The notes beneath the pieces are model-generated. The model searched no databases. It saw only the letters and a program-made list of their open reading frames with translations, and was not told where the DNA came from. DNA of 64,000 bases from Prorocentrum cordatum (lineage: Eukaryota), in NCBI GenBank assembly GCA_963575745.1, contig CAUYUJ010000081.1:558001-622000 (forward strand), written 5' to 3'. Positions 26,531 to 38,925 of the stretch are shown here, piece by piece. Positions within the stretch are counted from its first letter, which is position 1, and every line of letters starts with the position of its first letter. Made by a program: the position numbers and the translations under genes.

Positions 26531-27329
26531 CAAGAGCCGAGACGGGCTCAAAAACAGCACAAGCGGCTCCAGAGCGTGGAGCCACGCGCGGAGAGTTCGA
26601 GTGAGATGCCCATCTCACACCGTTGCGGGCGAGGGGGGAAGAGGAGGACGAGAAGGCGTTCTGTTGATTTCCTGATTTCTCCGCAGTGCCTGGAGGCGGT
26701 CATCGCCATCTTCTCCCGCCGTCCCGCGCCCCGCGGCATGGAACTGGTGGGGGCGGGGGGGCACTGCCGCCTGTACAGGCGCCGATGTTCGAAACCTGGC
26801 CCTCGGAGGGCCAGGGGGGCGAGCGCCCGTCAATTTCGCATGCGCCGCTCTTCGAAATATGACCCTCGGGGGGGAGGGGGGAGCGAGCGCCTGTCATTGC
26901 CTCAGGCGTCGGTGCCTCTGCTGGAGTCGGAGCGGCGTCGGCGCCTCTGTCGTCGTGGGTGCGTCGGTCTGGGGCGCAAGCTCAGGCTCGGGCTCTGGGC
27001 CAGTCGAGCCAAGACCCCCAAGATGCACTCAACAAGCCCGCAGAGCCTTCAAACGGTCCGAAGTGTCAAAAGTGACGGCCCCCCGCGCCACTCCGAATAG
27101 CCGCCACTCAGTATGCTGCGCTGGCACGGTGGCGGAATTGCTGGGTGCAGCTGGATGAGAAGGTCAAACCTAAGATGGTCTACGCTTGGAGCATTGATCC
27201 CATCTTCCTCCTCTGCCTTCCCCCCTGCCACTTCCCCGCTCTTCTTATGCCTCTTCCCCGCCTGCCCAGCCCGCCCACGCGTATAGTCTGTTAGCGTGGA
27301 CCGTGCGTCCTGACATCACCCTCGGGCAG

Positions 27330-27630
27330 CTCCGAGAGGGCGGTGGCGGGGACCAGCGAATCCAGCTGCCCAGGGCCGCCTCGGAGGGGTCCCCCTCCCC
27401 CGACGTGGCCTCCTCGCAACTCGTTTGACCCTCACCTGTTTGACACAAGGCCTCTGACGCTTCCCTATCGTTGAGACATTGATACCCAGCTAGGAGTGCA
27501 TATGATGCTCTGTCGCAAAAGAGGGATCGCATGGAATGTCTGCCTATGCAATGACCCGAGAGACTTCCAAGCTAGCTTCCAGGCGCGCATGCGATCCTCC
27601 ACGCACGTTCCCCACTTTGTTGTACCCAGC
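27330..27630 (-). pseudogene. Possible LINE ORF2 post-RT remnant
   Basis: CVEDRMRAWKLAWKSLGSL, then frameshifted RSLFCDRASYALLAGYQCL; resembles the R...A..A...L ... S.LLYG region of LINE RTs. Confidence 0.3.
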
Positions 27631-30600
27631 GAACACGATCGACCCACGAACCCAGAAAGGAATATACAACTGTAACGCGTGGCAACGTGGTCAAGGACAC
27701 CTGATTGGGTGACGGGCAAAAACAATGCTGACTGCATCGATCTTGATGTACGATGCCGAAAACTGTGCTGTGCTGCGCCGTGCTGAGTTGCGGTGTGCCA
27801 TGCCTGGAGTGTGCTCTATAGCGTCGTGGATCGAGTCCTCATTTGCATCCGAGTCCTGACCGAACTGATCTGGATCTTAAGCTCGAGCTGCCTGAACACA
27901 TAGTAGCTGGCCCAGAGCTAATTGGCCGAGGGAAATGCCAGGAGGACGCGCCGCGAAACGTCCCAAGGTACGCGCCAGGCGACGTGCCAGGGGACGTGCC
28001 ATGGGGAAGCACCGCGGGACGTGCCAAGGGGACGCGCTACGGAACGTGCCAATAAATGTGCCGCGGGATGTGCCAGGGGACGCGCCACGCGACGTGCCAG
28101 GGGGACTCGCCAAGGGACGCCCCACGGAACGTGCCAAGCAACGTGCCAGGTTGCAATGCTGAGTGCATCGATCTTGACGTACCGTGCCAAAGTCTGTGCT
28201 GTGCTGCGCCGTGCTAAATTGCGATGTGCCATGGCTGGAGTGTGCTCTATAGCGTCGTGGATCGAGTCCTCCTTTGCATCCGAGTCCTGACCGAATTGAT
28301 CTGGATCTTAAGCTCGAGCTGCCTGAACACATAGTAGCTGGCCCAGAGCTAATTGACAGGGGGACATGCCAGGAGGACGCGCCGCGGAACGTCTCAAGGG
28401 ACGCACCAAACGACTTGCCAGGGGACGTGCCATGGGGAAACACCGCGGGACGTGCCAAGGGGACGCAATACGGAACGTGCTGGGGACAAGCGTTTCGCTC
28501 GAGACATCCTGCCAAAATCCTCATGCTAGACATCCGCCTGAGCAACCTGGACACGTGAAAGCAAACGTGTCGCTCAACACATCCTAAATAGTTTCTCATG
28601 CTAGACACCCGCCTGGGTGAACTGGACACGTGAAAACAAGCGTTTCGCTCGAGACGTGTTCAACACCTCCTCATTCTAGACATCCGCCTGGGCGACAGGC
28701 ACACGTGAAAGCAAGCGTCTCGCTCGAGGCATCCTCAACACATCTTCATGTTAGACATCCGCCTGGGCGACCTGGACACGTGAAAACAGGCGTATCTCTC
28801 GAGACATTCTCAACACATCCTCATGCTAGGCATCCGCCTGGGCAACCTGGACACTTGCAAACAAGCATCTCGATCGAGACTTCCTCAACACCGCCTGGGC
28901 GACGAGGACGCGTGAAACCAAGCGTCTCGCTCGAGACATCCTCGACAAATCCTGGCGCTAGACCTCTGCCTGGGCAGCCTGGAAGCGTGAAACCACGCGT
29001 TGCTCGAGACATCCTCAAGACCTGGGCACATGAAAACAAGCATGTCACTTGAGAGATCCCCCGGATTCTAATCCCCAGGAGAGGACAATATATAGCACAA
29101 AGCAAGCGTTTCGCTCGAAGCATCCTCAACAACTTATGGAAAAGAACGAAACATGATCGACCCACGAACCCGGAAAGGAATAGAAATGTAACGCATGGCA
29201 ACGTTTGCAAAAACATCTGATTGGGTGACGGGCAAGTGTAATGCTGTTTGTATCAATCTTGATGTACCGTGCCAAGGGCTGTGCTGTGCTGCACCGTGCT
29301 GAATTGCGGTGTGCCATGCCTGGAGTGTGCTCCATAGCGTCGTGGATCGAGTCCTCCTTTGCATCCGAGTCCTGACCGAACTGATCTGGATCTTAAGCTC
29401 GAGCTGCCTGAACACATAGTAGCTGCCCCAGAGCTAATTGACAGGGGGACATGCCAGGAGGACGCGCCGCGGAACGTCTCAAGGGACGCACCAAACGACT
29501 TGCCAGGGGACGTGCAATGGGGTCGCACCGTAGGACGTGCCAAGGGGACGCGCTACGGAACGTTCCATTGGATGTGCCACGCGACGTGCCAGGGGGACTC
29601 GCCAAGGGACGCCCCACGGAACGTGCCAAAGAACGTGCCAAGTTGCAATGCTGATTGTATCGATCTTGATGTACCGTGCCGACGGCTGTGCCGTGCTTGG
29701 GCGTGTAGAACTGCGATGTGCCATGCCGCGAGTGTGCTCTATACATGCGTTGTGGATCGAGTCCTCCCTGGCATCCGAGTCCTGACCGAACTGATCTGGA
29801 TCTTAAGCTCAAGCTGCCAGAGCTGATGGTAGCTGCCCCAGAGCTAATTGACAGAGGGGACATGCCAGGAGGACGCGCCGCGGAACGTCCCACGGGACGC
29901 GCCAGGCGACGTGCCAGGGGACGTGCAATGGGGTCGCACCGTAGGACGTGCCAAGGGGACGCGCTACGGAACGTGCTGGGACAAGCGTTTCGCTCGAGTC
30001 ATCCTGTCAAAATCCTCATTCTAGACATCCGCCTGAGCGACCTGGACACGTGAAAACAAACGTTTCGCTCAACACATCCTCAACACATTCTCATGCTAGA
30101 CATCCGCCTGGGCGAACTGGACGCGTTCGCTCGAGACATCCTCAACACATCTTCATGTGAGACGTCCGCCTGGGTGACCTGGGCACGTGAAAACAAGCGT
30201 TTCGCTCGAGACGTGTTCAACACCTCCTCATTCTAGACATCCGCCTGGGCGACCTGGACACGTGAAAACAAGCATCTCGATCGAGACTTCCTCAACACAT
30301 CCTCATGCTAGGCATCCGCCTGGGCAACCTGGACACGTGCAAACAAGCATCTCGATCGAGACTTCCTCAACACATCCTCATGCTAGACATCCGCCTGGGC
30401 GACGAGGACGGGTGAAACCAAGCGTCTCGCTCGAGACATCCTCAACAAATCCTGGCGCTTGACCTCTGCCTGGGCAACCTGGAGGCGTGAAACCACGCGT
30501 CTCGCTCGAGACATCCTCAAGACCTGGGCACGTGAAACCAAGCATTTCACTTGAGAGATCCTCTGAAGTCTGGTCCCCAGGAAAGAACCATCCATAACAC

Positions 30601-31064
30601 AAAACAAGCGTTTCGCTCGAGACATCCTCAACAAATTCTGAAATAATAATAAAAAAGATTTGTGAGGGACATCCTTAAAAATCACTCCGCCGGCCCACCT
30701 CGACCTCGATATTTAGCAGGGAAGAATTCCGCCGGCCCACCTCAAGTCAGGTCCGGGGGTAAACAGCTAAAAGAGAACCCTGGGCCTAAGCCCTTTCCGG
30801 GGAAAACATGATGGACCCACGAACCCGGAAAGGGATAAAGACATGTGCAGCATGGTCACGTTTTCACGATACCCAACTGGGCGACATCCCACGAAACATC
30901 CCACGAGACACCCCGCGAAACATCCCACGAGACACCTCACGAAACATTCCACGAGACACCTCACGAAACACTCCACGCGACACCCCGTGAAACAGTCCAC
31001 GAGACACCCCACGAACAGGCAACCACTCAACCAGACACGCCACGAAACATTCCACGGGGGTGCG

Positions 31065-31480
31065 ACTGGGTGTGGTCGTGCTGGGGTGTGGTCGTGCTGG
31101 GGTGTGGTCGTGCTGGGGAGTGGTCGTGCTGGGGTGTGGTCGTGCTGGGGGGTGGTCGTGCTGGGGGGTGGTCGTGCTGGGGGGGTGGTCGTGCTGGGGG
31201 TGGTCGTGCTGGGGCGTGGTCGTGCTGGGGCGTGGTCGTGCTGGGGCGTGGTCGTGCTGGGGTGTGGTCGTGCTGTGGTGAGGTCGTGCTGGGGTGTGGT
31301 CGTGCTGGGGTGTGGTCTTGCTGGGGTAGGGTCGTGCTGGGGTCGGGTCGTGCTGGGGTGTGGTCGTGCTGGGGTATGGTCGTGCTGGGGTGGGGTCGTG
31401 CTGGGGTGGGGTCGTGCTGGGGTCTGGTCGTGCTGGGGTGTGGTCGTGCTGGGGTATGGTCGTGCTAGGGTGGGGTCGTG
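31065..31480. repeat. 15-bp G-rich minisatellite (gtggtcgtgctgggg)n, preceded by a 12/24-bp cacgaaacat/cacgagacac array
   Basis: Direct reading. Confidence 0.95.
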
Positions 31481-32127
31481 CATTTCGCTCGAGACATCCT
31501 GCCAAAATTCCAGGAAATCGTACAAAAACAAACGAATTAGTCGAGACATCATCGAAATTCCTTCGCGCGGGGCGCTTTTCCGCGTCGCGGTCGGCTCTGC
31601 AAAACAAGCGTTTCGCTCGAGACATCCTCGGCAAATTCTGAAAACAAGCGTTTCGCTCGAGACATCCTCAACTCTGCAAAACCAGCGTTTCGCTCGAGAC
31701 ATCCTCAAGAAATTCTGAAAAACAAGCGTTTCGCTCGAGACATCCTCAAATTTTAATTCGCCGGCCTCCTTCGACCTCGTTATTTATCAGGGAAAAAATT
31801 CGCCGGCCTCCCTCAAGTTGGCACCGGGGGACAGGTTTACCAACTAAAAGAGAACCCTGGGCTCATGCCCTTTCCGGGAAACATGATGGACCCACGAACC
31901 CGGAAAGGGATATAGACATGTGGAGCATGGACACGTTTTCATGATACCCAACTGGGCAACACCTCACGAAACATCCCACGAGACACCTCACGAAACAGCC
32001 CACGAGACACCTCACGAAACATTCCACGAGACACCTCACGAAACATTTCACGAGACACCCCGCGAAACATTCCACGAGACACCCCACGAAACATTCCACG
32101 ACGACAGGCAACCACTCAACCAAGGCG

Positions 32128-33058
32128 GTGTGGTCGTGCTGGGGAGTGGTCGTGCTGGGGTGTGGTCGTGCTGGGGGGTGGTCGTGCTGGGGGGTGGTCG
32201 TGCTGGGGGGGTGGTCGTGCTGGGGGGTGGTCGTGCTGGGGCGTGGTCGTGCTGGGGCGTGGTCGTGCTGGGGCGTGGTCGTGCTGGGGCGTGGTCGTGC
32301 TGGGGGTGTGGTCGTGCTGTGGTAAGGTCGTGCTGGGGTGCGGTCGTGCTGGGGTGTGGTCTTGCTGGGGTGGGGTCGTGCTGGGGTGTGATCGTGCTGG
32401 GGTGGGGTCGTGCTGGGGTGTGGTCGTGCTGGGGTGTGGTCGTGCTAGGGTGGGGTCGTGCTGGGGTGGGGTCGTGCTGGGGAGTGGTCGTGCTGGGGTG
32501 TGGTCGTGCTGGGGTGTGGTCGTGCTGGGGCGTGGTCGTGCTGGGGTGGGGTCGTGCTGGGGTGGGGTCGTGCTGGGGTGGGTTCGTGCTGGGGTGCTCC
32601 GCACCCTGTGATTTATCGATCGGGTCGTGCTGGGGTGTGGTCGTGCTGGGGTGTGGTCGTGCTGGGGTGTCGTGCTGGGGTGTGGTCGTGCTGGGGTGTG
32701 GTCGTGCTGGGGAGTGGTCGTGCTGGGGTGTCGTGCTGGGGGGTGTCGTGCTGGGGGGTGGTCGTGCTGGGGGGGTGGTCGTGCTGGGGGGTGGTCGTGT
32801 GGGGCGTGGTCGTGCTGGGGCGTGGTCGTGCTGGTCGTGTGGGGGTCGTGCTGTGGTGAGGTCGTGCTGGGGTGTGGTCGTGCTGGGGTGTGGTCTTGCT
32901 GGGGTAGGGTCGTGCTGGGGTCGGGTCGTGCTGGGGTGTGGTCGTGCTGGGGTATGGTCGTGCTGGGGTGGGGTCGTGCTGGGGTGGGGTCGTGCTGGGG
33001 TCTGGTCGTGCTGGGGTGTGGTCGTGCTGGGGTATGGTCGTGCTAGGGTGGGGTCGTG
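32128..33058. repeat. 15-bp G-rich minisatellite (gtggtcgtgctgggg)n
   Basis: Direct reading; ~32850-33210 near-duplicates ~31270-31635. Confidence 0.95.
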
Positions 33059-33899
33059 CATTTCGCTCGAGACATCCTGCCAAAATTCCAGGAAATCGTA
33101 CAAAAACAAACGAATTAGTCGAGACATCATCGAAATTCCTTCGCGCGGGGCGCTTTTCCGCGTCGCGGTCGGCTCTGCAAAACAAGCGTTTCGCTCGAGA
33201 CATCCTCGGCAAACTCTGCGGAGCAAGCGTTTCGCTCGAGACATCCTCAACACACGAAAAAGTGGCCCGCACCCTGTGATTTATCGATCGGGATTTCAAA
33301 AACAAGCGTTTCGCTCGAGACATCCTCAAATTTTAATCCGCCGGCCTCCTTCGACCTCGATATTTATTAGGGAAAAAATCCGCCGGCCTCCTTCAAGTTG
33401 GCACCGGGGGACAGGTTTACCTACTAAAAGAGAACCCTGGGCCCCCGCCCTTTCCGGGAAAAAAACGTCTCGCGAGGGATATCCTCAAATTTTAATCCGC
33501 CGGCCCACCTCGACCCCGATATTTACCGCAAAAGAAATTCGCCGACCCACCTCAAGTCAAACCCTGAGGTATAACATTATATAACAACTAAAAGAGAACC
33601 CTGAGTTCATGCCCTTTCCGGGAAAAAAAACGGCGGCAGAAAGAGAGAGAGAGAGAAAGAGGGAGAGAGAGAGGGAGGGAGGAGGGGGAGGGGGGGAAAC
33701 GCAGCTCGCCCGCGGGCTGCCAGGCACCGAATTAATCTGGCGGCCCAGGGCGCTGCACCAGCCGCGCCCGCATGGCCGCGCGCCAGTCGCCCTCGCGCCC
33801 AACAGCTTGGACCACGGGCAGCAGCAGCAGCAGCAGCAGCAAGGCTGCCGCCCGCGGCGGCAGCGTGGCGGCCCAACCCGCGCACGGCGACGCCGCCAA

Positions 33900-34800
33900 C
33901 CACCCAGCCGGGGCCTTGCGCGGCGGCGTGGGGCACCCAGGCCTGCCCCGCGAACAGCGCGGTGCAGCGAGCACTGCCGCCGCCGCGCGCGTTGCCTGGC
34001 TGTGCTGGTCCCGCAACAGCTGCAAGCGGCTGGCCCTGCGGCGGCGCGCCTGACTGCGCGCCGAGCGCGCCCCGCCGGCCGCGGCGCCGGCGCTGCATCC
34101 TGCGGGCCCGAAGCGCAACGCCTGCGCTGCTGTGGTTCACCTTCGGGGCAGCCAGCTCGACCTCCGCCAGCAGCCGCTGCGCGATGCCCAGCCCGCGCAA
34201 GCGGCTGCCCCGCCCAGCGACTAGGGCGGGCGGCGGGAGCCGCGCGCGCGCGCGGCTGCGCCCGCGAGCCGGTCAGCCGCTGCGTTGCCAAAGCGGCCCT
34301 CTTCAGCCAAGCCGCGAGCCCGGGCGCTGGCCGCTTCGATGCGCCCTTTGACCCATCGCGCGACAGGGACCCAGCTCTGACAGTAGGGCGCCAGCAGCTC
34401 CCAAATCTCGGCACGCGACCATTCCGCCGAGGTCGCCCCCGCCCAGAGCGCCGCGACCCCATCGTCGCTGAAGAGGCTGGAATCGGCGATCACCTCCACG
34501 GGGCCCGCAGCGAGGCCCAGGGCATGCAGGGCGGCCGTCAGCTCCGCCCACTGCGCCGTCTGGGGCCCATCGACAGGCCCGCAGCAACCCCGGGTGCTGC
34601 TGGGGGCGTCGAGCCGCGAGCCCCGGCCCGCCCTGGCCAAGGGCGGATTCGTCGGTCGCTCGCAGGCGCCGTCTGTCCACGCGCGGCGCCGCGGCGGACG
34701 CTGCTGCGGGTCGCGCGGATCAGCGGGCAGCGGCAGGCGCTGAACGGGCGCGCGGGCGCCTTCGGCCAGCGCGCGGAGGACCGGGCCCTCCGGGAGGGCG
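33900..34800 (-). pseudogene. Type-1 RNase H domain, probably the 3' part of a non-LTR retrotransposon
   Basis: ORF 34221-35063 contains AWTDGAC, QTAQWAELTAALHAL, VIADS, WVKGR (H to R) and GNAAADRLAGAAA: the D-E-D-(H)-D set of RNase HI. Downstream sequence is frameshifted. Confidence 0.8.
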
Positions 34801-35569
34801 CCCGCGCTGGATGTTCCCGGCGGCGGGGCCGCGCGAATGTCTCCAAAGCGAAACCGGGCGCCGCGCGACGTGGCCGCCCGCGCACCACCTCGCCTCCGCC
34901 GCCGGCAATCGCCGCCACCGGCAACCGCGCCCCCCCGCGACCTCGAGGTCCCCGGCGGCGGGCAGCGCCGCGCGCGGCAGCGGCGCACCCCGAGGGGCTC
35001 GGGGGGCACGGGGAGGGGTGGGGTCTGGAAGAAGAAGGAAGGTTGAACGACAAGGGGCGGCACTCTCTTTCAGCAGACACGGCACGACTGTAGCCCACGC
35101 GACGGGCACCGCCGCCCTCCACCCCCCCACCTCTACGCCGTTACAGCCTTAGTGCCAGGGTACAGTGCGTCAACGGACGCGTCGAAACGGAGAACTCAAT
35201 GTTTGTTTCTTCTGACTGTTGTAGAGCTCGCTGTTCGAGGCCTTCGACGACATCCGCTTTTTCTCCTGAGCACGCACAGCACGCAAGCCCACTACACCAG
35301 TCGGGGCGTGCCTTTGGCGCGCTTCTGGACAGACTCGCACGGCTTCTTAGGCTGCAGATAAAAGATCGCACGCCCACTCGGCACCCGGGAAAGGAGTCGC
35401 GAAATGCGGGACAGTGCGGGGAGGTCTGCCCGGAGAGCCGCCGTTGCAGCCACATGGTAGCTTTGGTTAGAGCTCCGAAGCTTCTGTGTGTACTGGGCGC
35501 CTCTGGGGGGGCCCTGCCGCGCAAAATCAACGGGCGTTGCGCACAGTGCCTCTGCGCGCGCCGCTGCAA

Positions 35570-36960
35570 TCTAGGCGGCGATGCCGCGGTCGGCGTCGGC
35601 CGTTACCGCCTAGACCACGCCCCCCTTCTTCGGGCAAGCGTCGCGGCCCGCAAGACCTGGCGCGGCACTGCGCAAGACTTTCCCCCGCGCTCTCTTGGCC
35701 TCGGCGGCGGCCTTCGCCCCTCCAAGATTGCGGTCTCGCACCCTGGCCCCCCGCTCGGCAACAGGGGCGACGACTGTTGCAGCCGCGCGGACTAGATCTG
35801 CGACGACTCTCTCCCCCTGCGCCGCCGCGGCGAGATCGGGGGCGGCCCCCGCGAGAAGGCGCGCGCGCCTGCTCGGGAAAGCGGCCGCCAAGGCGTCGAC
35901 GGCAGCTGCTCGCTCGAGGCCGAAGCCCACGACTGACCGACGTCCTGGCCGAGGCCCCCCGGCGATTCCCCCGTCGCGCCCCTCGGCCCTCCTCGTCGCT
36001 CCGACCCCCCTGGGAGCGCCCATGCAGCTGGGGCGCACGCCTGCGCCAACGACCAGCGGGCTCGCCCCGCCCCCGCTGGCCCGGCCACGCGCGCGGCAAC
36101 TTGCCGGGGGGCGCCTGGTCCACCAGCGTGCGTTCCTCCGCGGAACCGCCCAGCAATCTAGCCCTCTCGGGGCAATGCACCTCAAAGAATCGGCGGAATC
36201 GCCGCTCCACGTTGCCCGTTGCCCAAGGGCTCCACGAGACGACGGCCGCCGTCGAACTCAAGCCACTCCGCCGCAGCGCGGCCCCATGCCTGCCGCGCGG
36301 CGCCCCCGTCTCAACGACGTGCCTCAGCGCGCCCCTACAGTTGCCGCAGCTGGGCGATCGCCCGCTGCTCAAGATGGCTCGCCCCCCCGGCAGATGCGCC
36401 TCGAACAGGCCTCGGCTTCTGTCGCAGACCCCGCTGCGCCCGCGCCTGTTGCAGACACTAAAGGGGGGGCGCGAACGAAATGCAGCAGAAGCGCGCAACC
36501 AAGAATGTTCTGGCTGATAAAGCTGCATGCCCCCCTTAACGTTGGCCACAATTGCCTGCGCCCGTCGAAGAGCAGCCTCGACGGCCTCGCGGGCCCGGGG
36601 CCCCGCATTCCAATCGCCGGGGCCCACAGTCTGGACGCCGCGGCCGCGCGGGCAGCGCGACGTCTGCCGCGGACACTTCAGGGCGACACCCGCACAACTG
36701 CAGGGGCTGCCCAAAATAGCCCCATCGACGAACTACGCGTTCAGCCCTGAGGAGAACGAGGCGACACTAGACCCTAGACTGAACGCTTGCAGCGCCGGGG
36801 TTGCTTCCGTCCCCGGCAACGACTCAGGAATAGTGCCCCGCGCGCAAGGTCGGCCAGCAAACCCAAGAAGCAGGCGCGAACCGTTCTCGCCCCCGAGTCC
36901 TCCCAGGAAAGATCGGGCGAGAATTCGGGCCCCTCTCCGAACGCATTGAAAATAACGTTC
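35570..36960 (-). pseudogene. Heavily decayed CRE-like non-LTR remnant (RT end, thumb, restriction-like endonuclease)
   Basis: In order across frames: LNA*FVDGAILG (cf. AYLDD), RGALRHVVE..AALRRSGLSSTAAVVS (cf. LP.R.GGLGL.SA), PDLAAAAQGERVVADLV..AKAAAEAK (cf. PD..D..AE..K). Weak matches. Confidence 0.4.
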
Positions 36961-38360
36961 CAACGTCGGGGGCCTCGCGCCAGGGGCCCCGCGCGACTGT
37001 TGACGCGCTGGGGGGCCCGGTCGAAGCTCTCGACGAACGCAAGAGTGTCTTCCAGCTGTTGTGCCCCCCCCGCGGTTCGGAGCACGGTGGGCGCAGTCAG
37101 AAACTTGGTCAGACTTGGCGGCATATTACCCGTTGTCAGCAGAATGTTCGTCATCGTGATTTCACCATCTGCTGTCGTTGAATTGGCCAGAAGTTCCCGG
37201 GCCGAATGCGACTCGCCCCAGGCATAAGACGACTGCCGAGGGAACCTGGCCGTTGCAGCCATGGGGCGCACCTAGACCCGCCCAATCGCTGCACCATGCC
37301 CGCATCTCCTCTCGCACATGCCCGCGCAAGTCCACGCCTGGCCACCCGCTTGCCGTCTGGCGCGCGCAACGGACGCAGCCCTCAAGCACGGAAGCCCCGC
37401 CGTCGCAATCCCGGGGCTCTTTGGGGCCCAGCTGTTCAGGGCAGCCTGCCTGAGACCGTAGCTCGGGAGGGAATCCAGAAACTCTGGCATAGACCACAAC
37501 GCGGTGCCAATTTCGACCCGGCACGCGCGACCGAGACCGCCCGCGGCCAAACGAAAAACAACACCATATTTGAATATCCTCTGCGTCGCGAGCTTCTCGC
37601 ACTGAGCAATTGCGGCCGCCGCCCTGCGGCGCTGCCCACGCGGCCCCAAAGCTGCGCGGTCGCCCCCGAGGAGCGCACCCCGCCGCACATCTAAACTTTC
37701 GAAGGAGCTGGACGTCTCCAAGATAGCACGGCCAGCGACCGCTGCGCGGCAGCCAGGGAGCGGGTCGGCGGCGCGGACGACGACAGGCGCTCGCGCCGCG
37801 GCTGGCGCAGCCGGCGCAGATGTTGCGGCCGCTGTGGGGAACGCTGCATTGGGGAGACCCTGGCGCGCGCCTTCCGCTCGACGCCGCTCTTTCCACGCCG
37901 CTTCTGCTGCCCAGTGCTCCGCGCACTCGGCGCGGCGCAGGAGATCCTCGCGACGGAGGAAGCCCCCGTCGCCTTCGCCCAAGGCGTTTCAACGCAGACC
38001 CTCCAACGCCGGGCAAAACAAACAGATTACAATTCCACCACTGGCGCTGCCTATCCTAAATATATTTTTCCGCGGCACTGGATTCGTCGCAGAGCAAAAG
38101 GCGCCCCACTGAGACCTGCGTTTCCACGCGCGGCAAGCGCCGAGCGCCCTTACGCGGGCTGGGAAGTCGCGGCCCGCGACGCGCCCCGCCAGGGCCATGG
38201 GGCCAAGGCCGACCTTTTTGACGGCTTAGCTCGGGAAGGCCTTCGCCGCTGCAGCCGCGGCCGACTCGGACAACGAGTCTTCGCTGTTAGAGCCGCGCTC
38301 GCGATCGGAGGACGAGCCTTCGGAAGACGAGTCTTTACTGTCACAGCTGCGGGCGTCTTC

Positions 38361-38530
38361 GGACACTTGGCACTCTGTCTCAGGATGATGGGAACCTATG
38401 CCCGCGTCGGAGACGTCGGGCACTTCGTACTCTGTCTCGGGGTGATGAGAACATGGGCCCGCGTCTGAGACGTCGGACACTTCGTACTCTGTCTCGGGGC
38501 GATGGGAACCTGGGCCCAGGTCGGAGTCGT
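38361..38530. repeat. 57-bp tandem repeat x3
   Basis: g(a/g)cactt.g.actctgtctc units at 38361, 38418, 38475. Confidence 0.9.
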
Positions 38531-38874
38531 CGGCGCCGGCGTCCGACTTCGCGCCCGGACACAGAGTCCGACGTGACTTCGGACTTGGGCGGGGGACGGC
38601 TCTCGGAGGGCGGGGTCGGGCTCGGCGCCCGGCTTGACGCGGGGGCCGGCGTCGCGCGCGGCGCCCGGCTCGGCCCGCTAGACACTGCCGCGGCGCTCGA
38701 GCCGACGCGGCCACGGCCGCGGAGGAGAAAGAGGGCGACCGAGGGGCGCGAGGACATGAAGCAGGACGATGATGACGAGGGGCGGAATAATATGATTTAC
38801 GAAAGCCCCCATCATCATCACCATCAGCATCATCACCATCGCCGCCGCCCTCCATCACCACCCACCGTCATCGC

Positions 38875-38925
<51 letters not shown>

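Larger units (their letters stand above)
27632..33630. mobile_element. Nested cluster of four Family A elements
   Basis: Left ends at ~27632, 29151, 30806, 31881; right ends (ccctttccggg + A-run) at ~30791, 31868, 33448, 33612. 75-bp internal array (ctcgagacatcc-type at 28498, 28573, 28648, 28723, 28798). ~430-bp internal duplication (27722 vs 28154). Confidence 0.8.

Noticed and set aside
30767..33584. Repetitive GVWSC / PQHD ORFs
   Set aside because: Translations of a 15-bp minisatellite on both strands.
34221..35063. Functional host RNase HI gene
   Set aside because: The conserved His is replaced and the flanks are frameshifted; better explained as a retroelement remnant.
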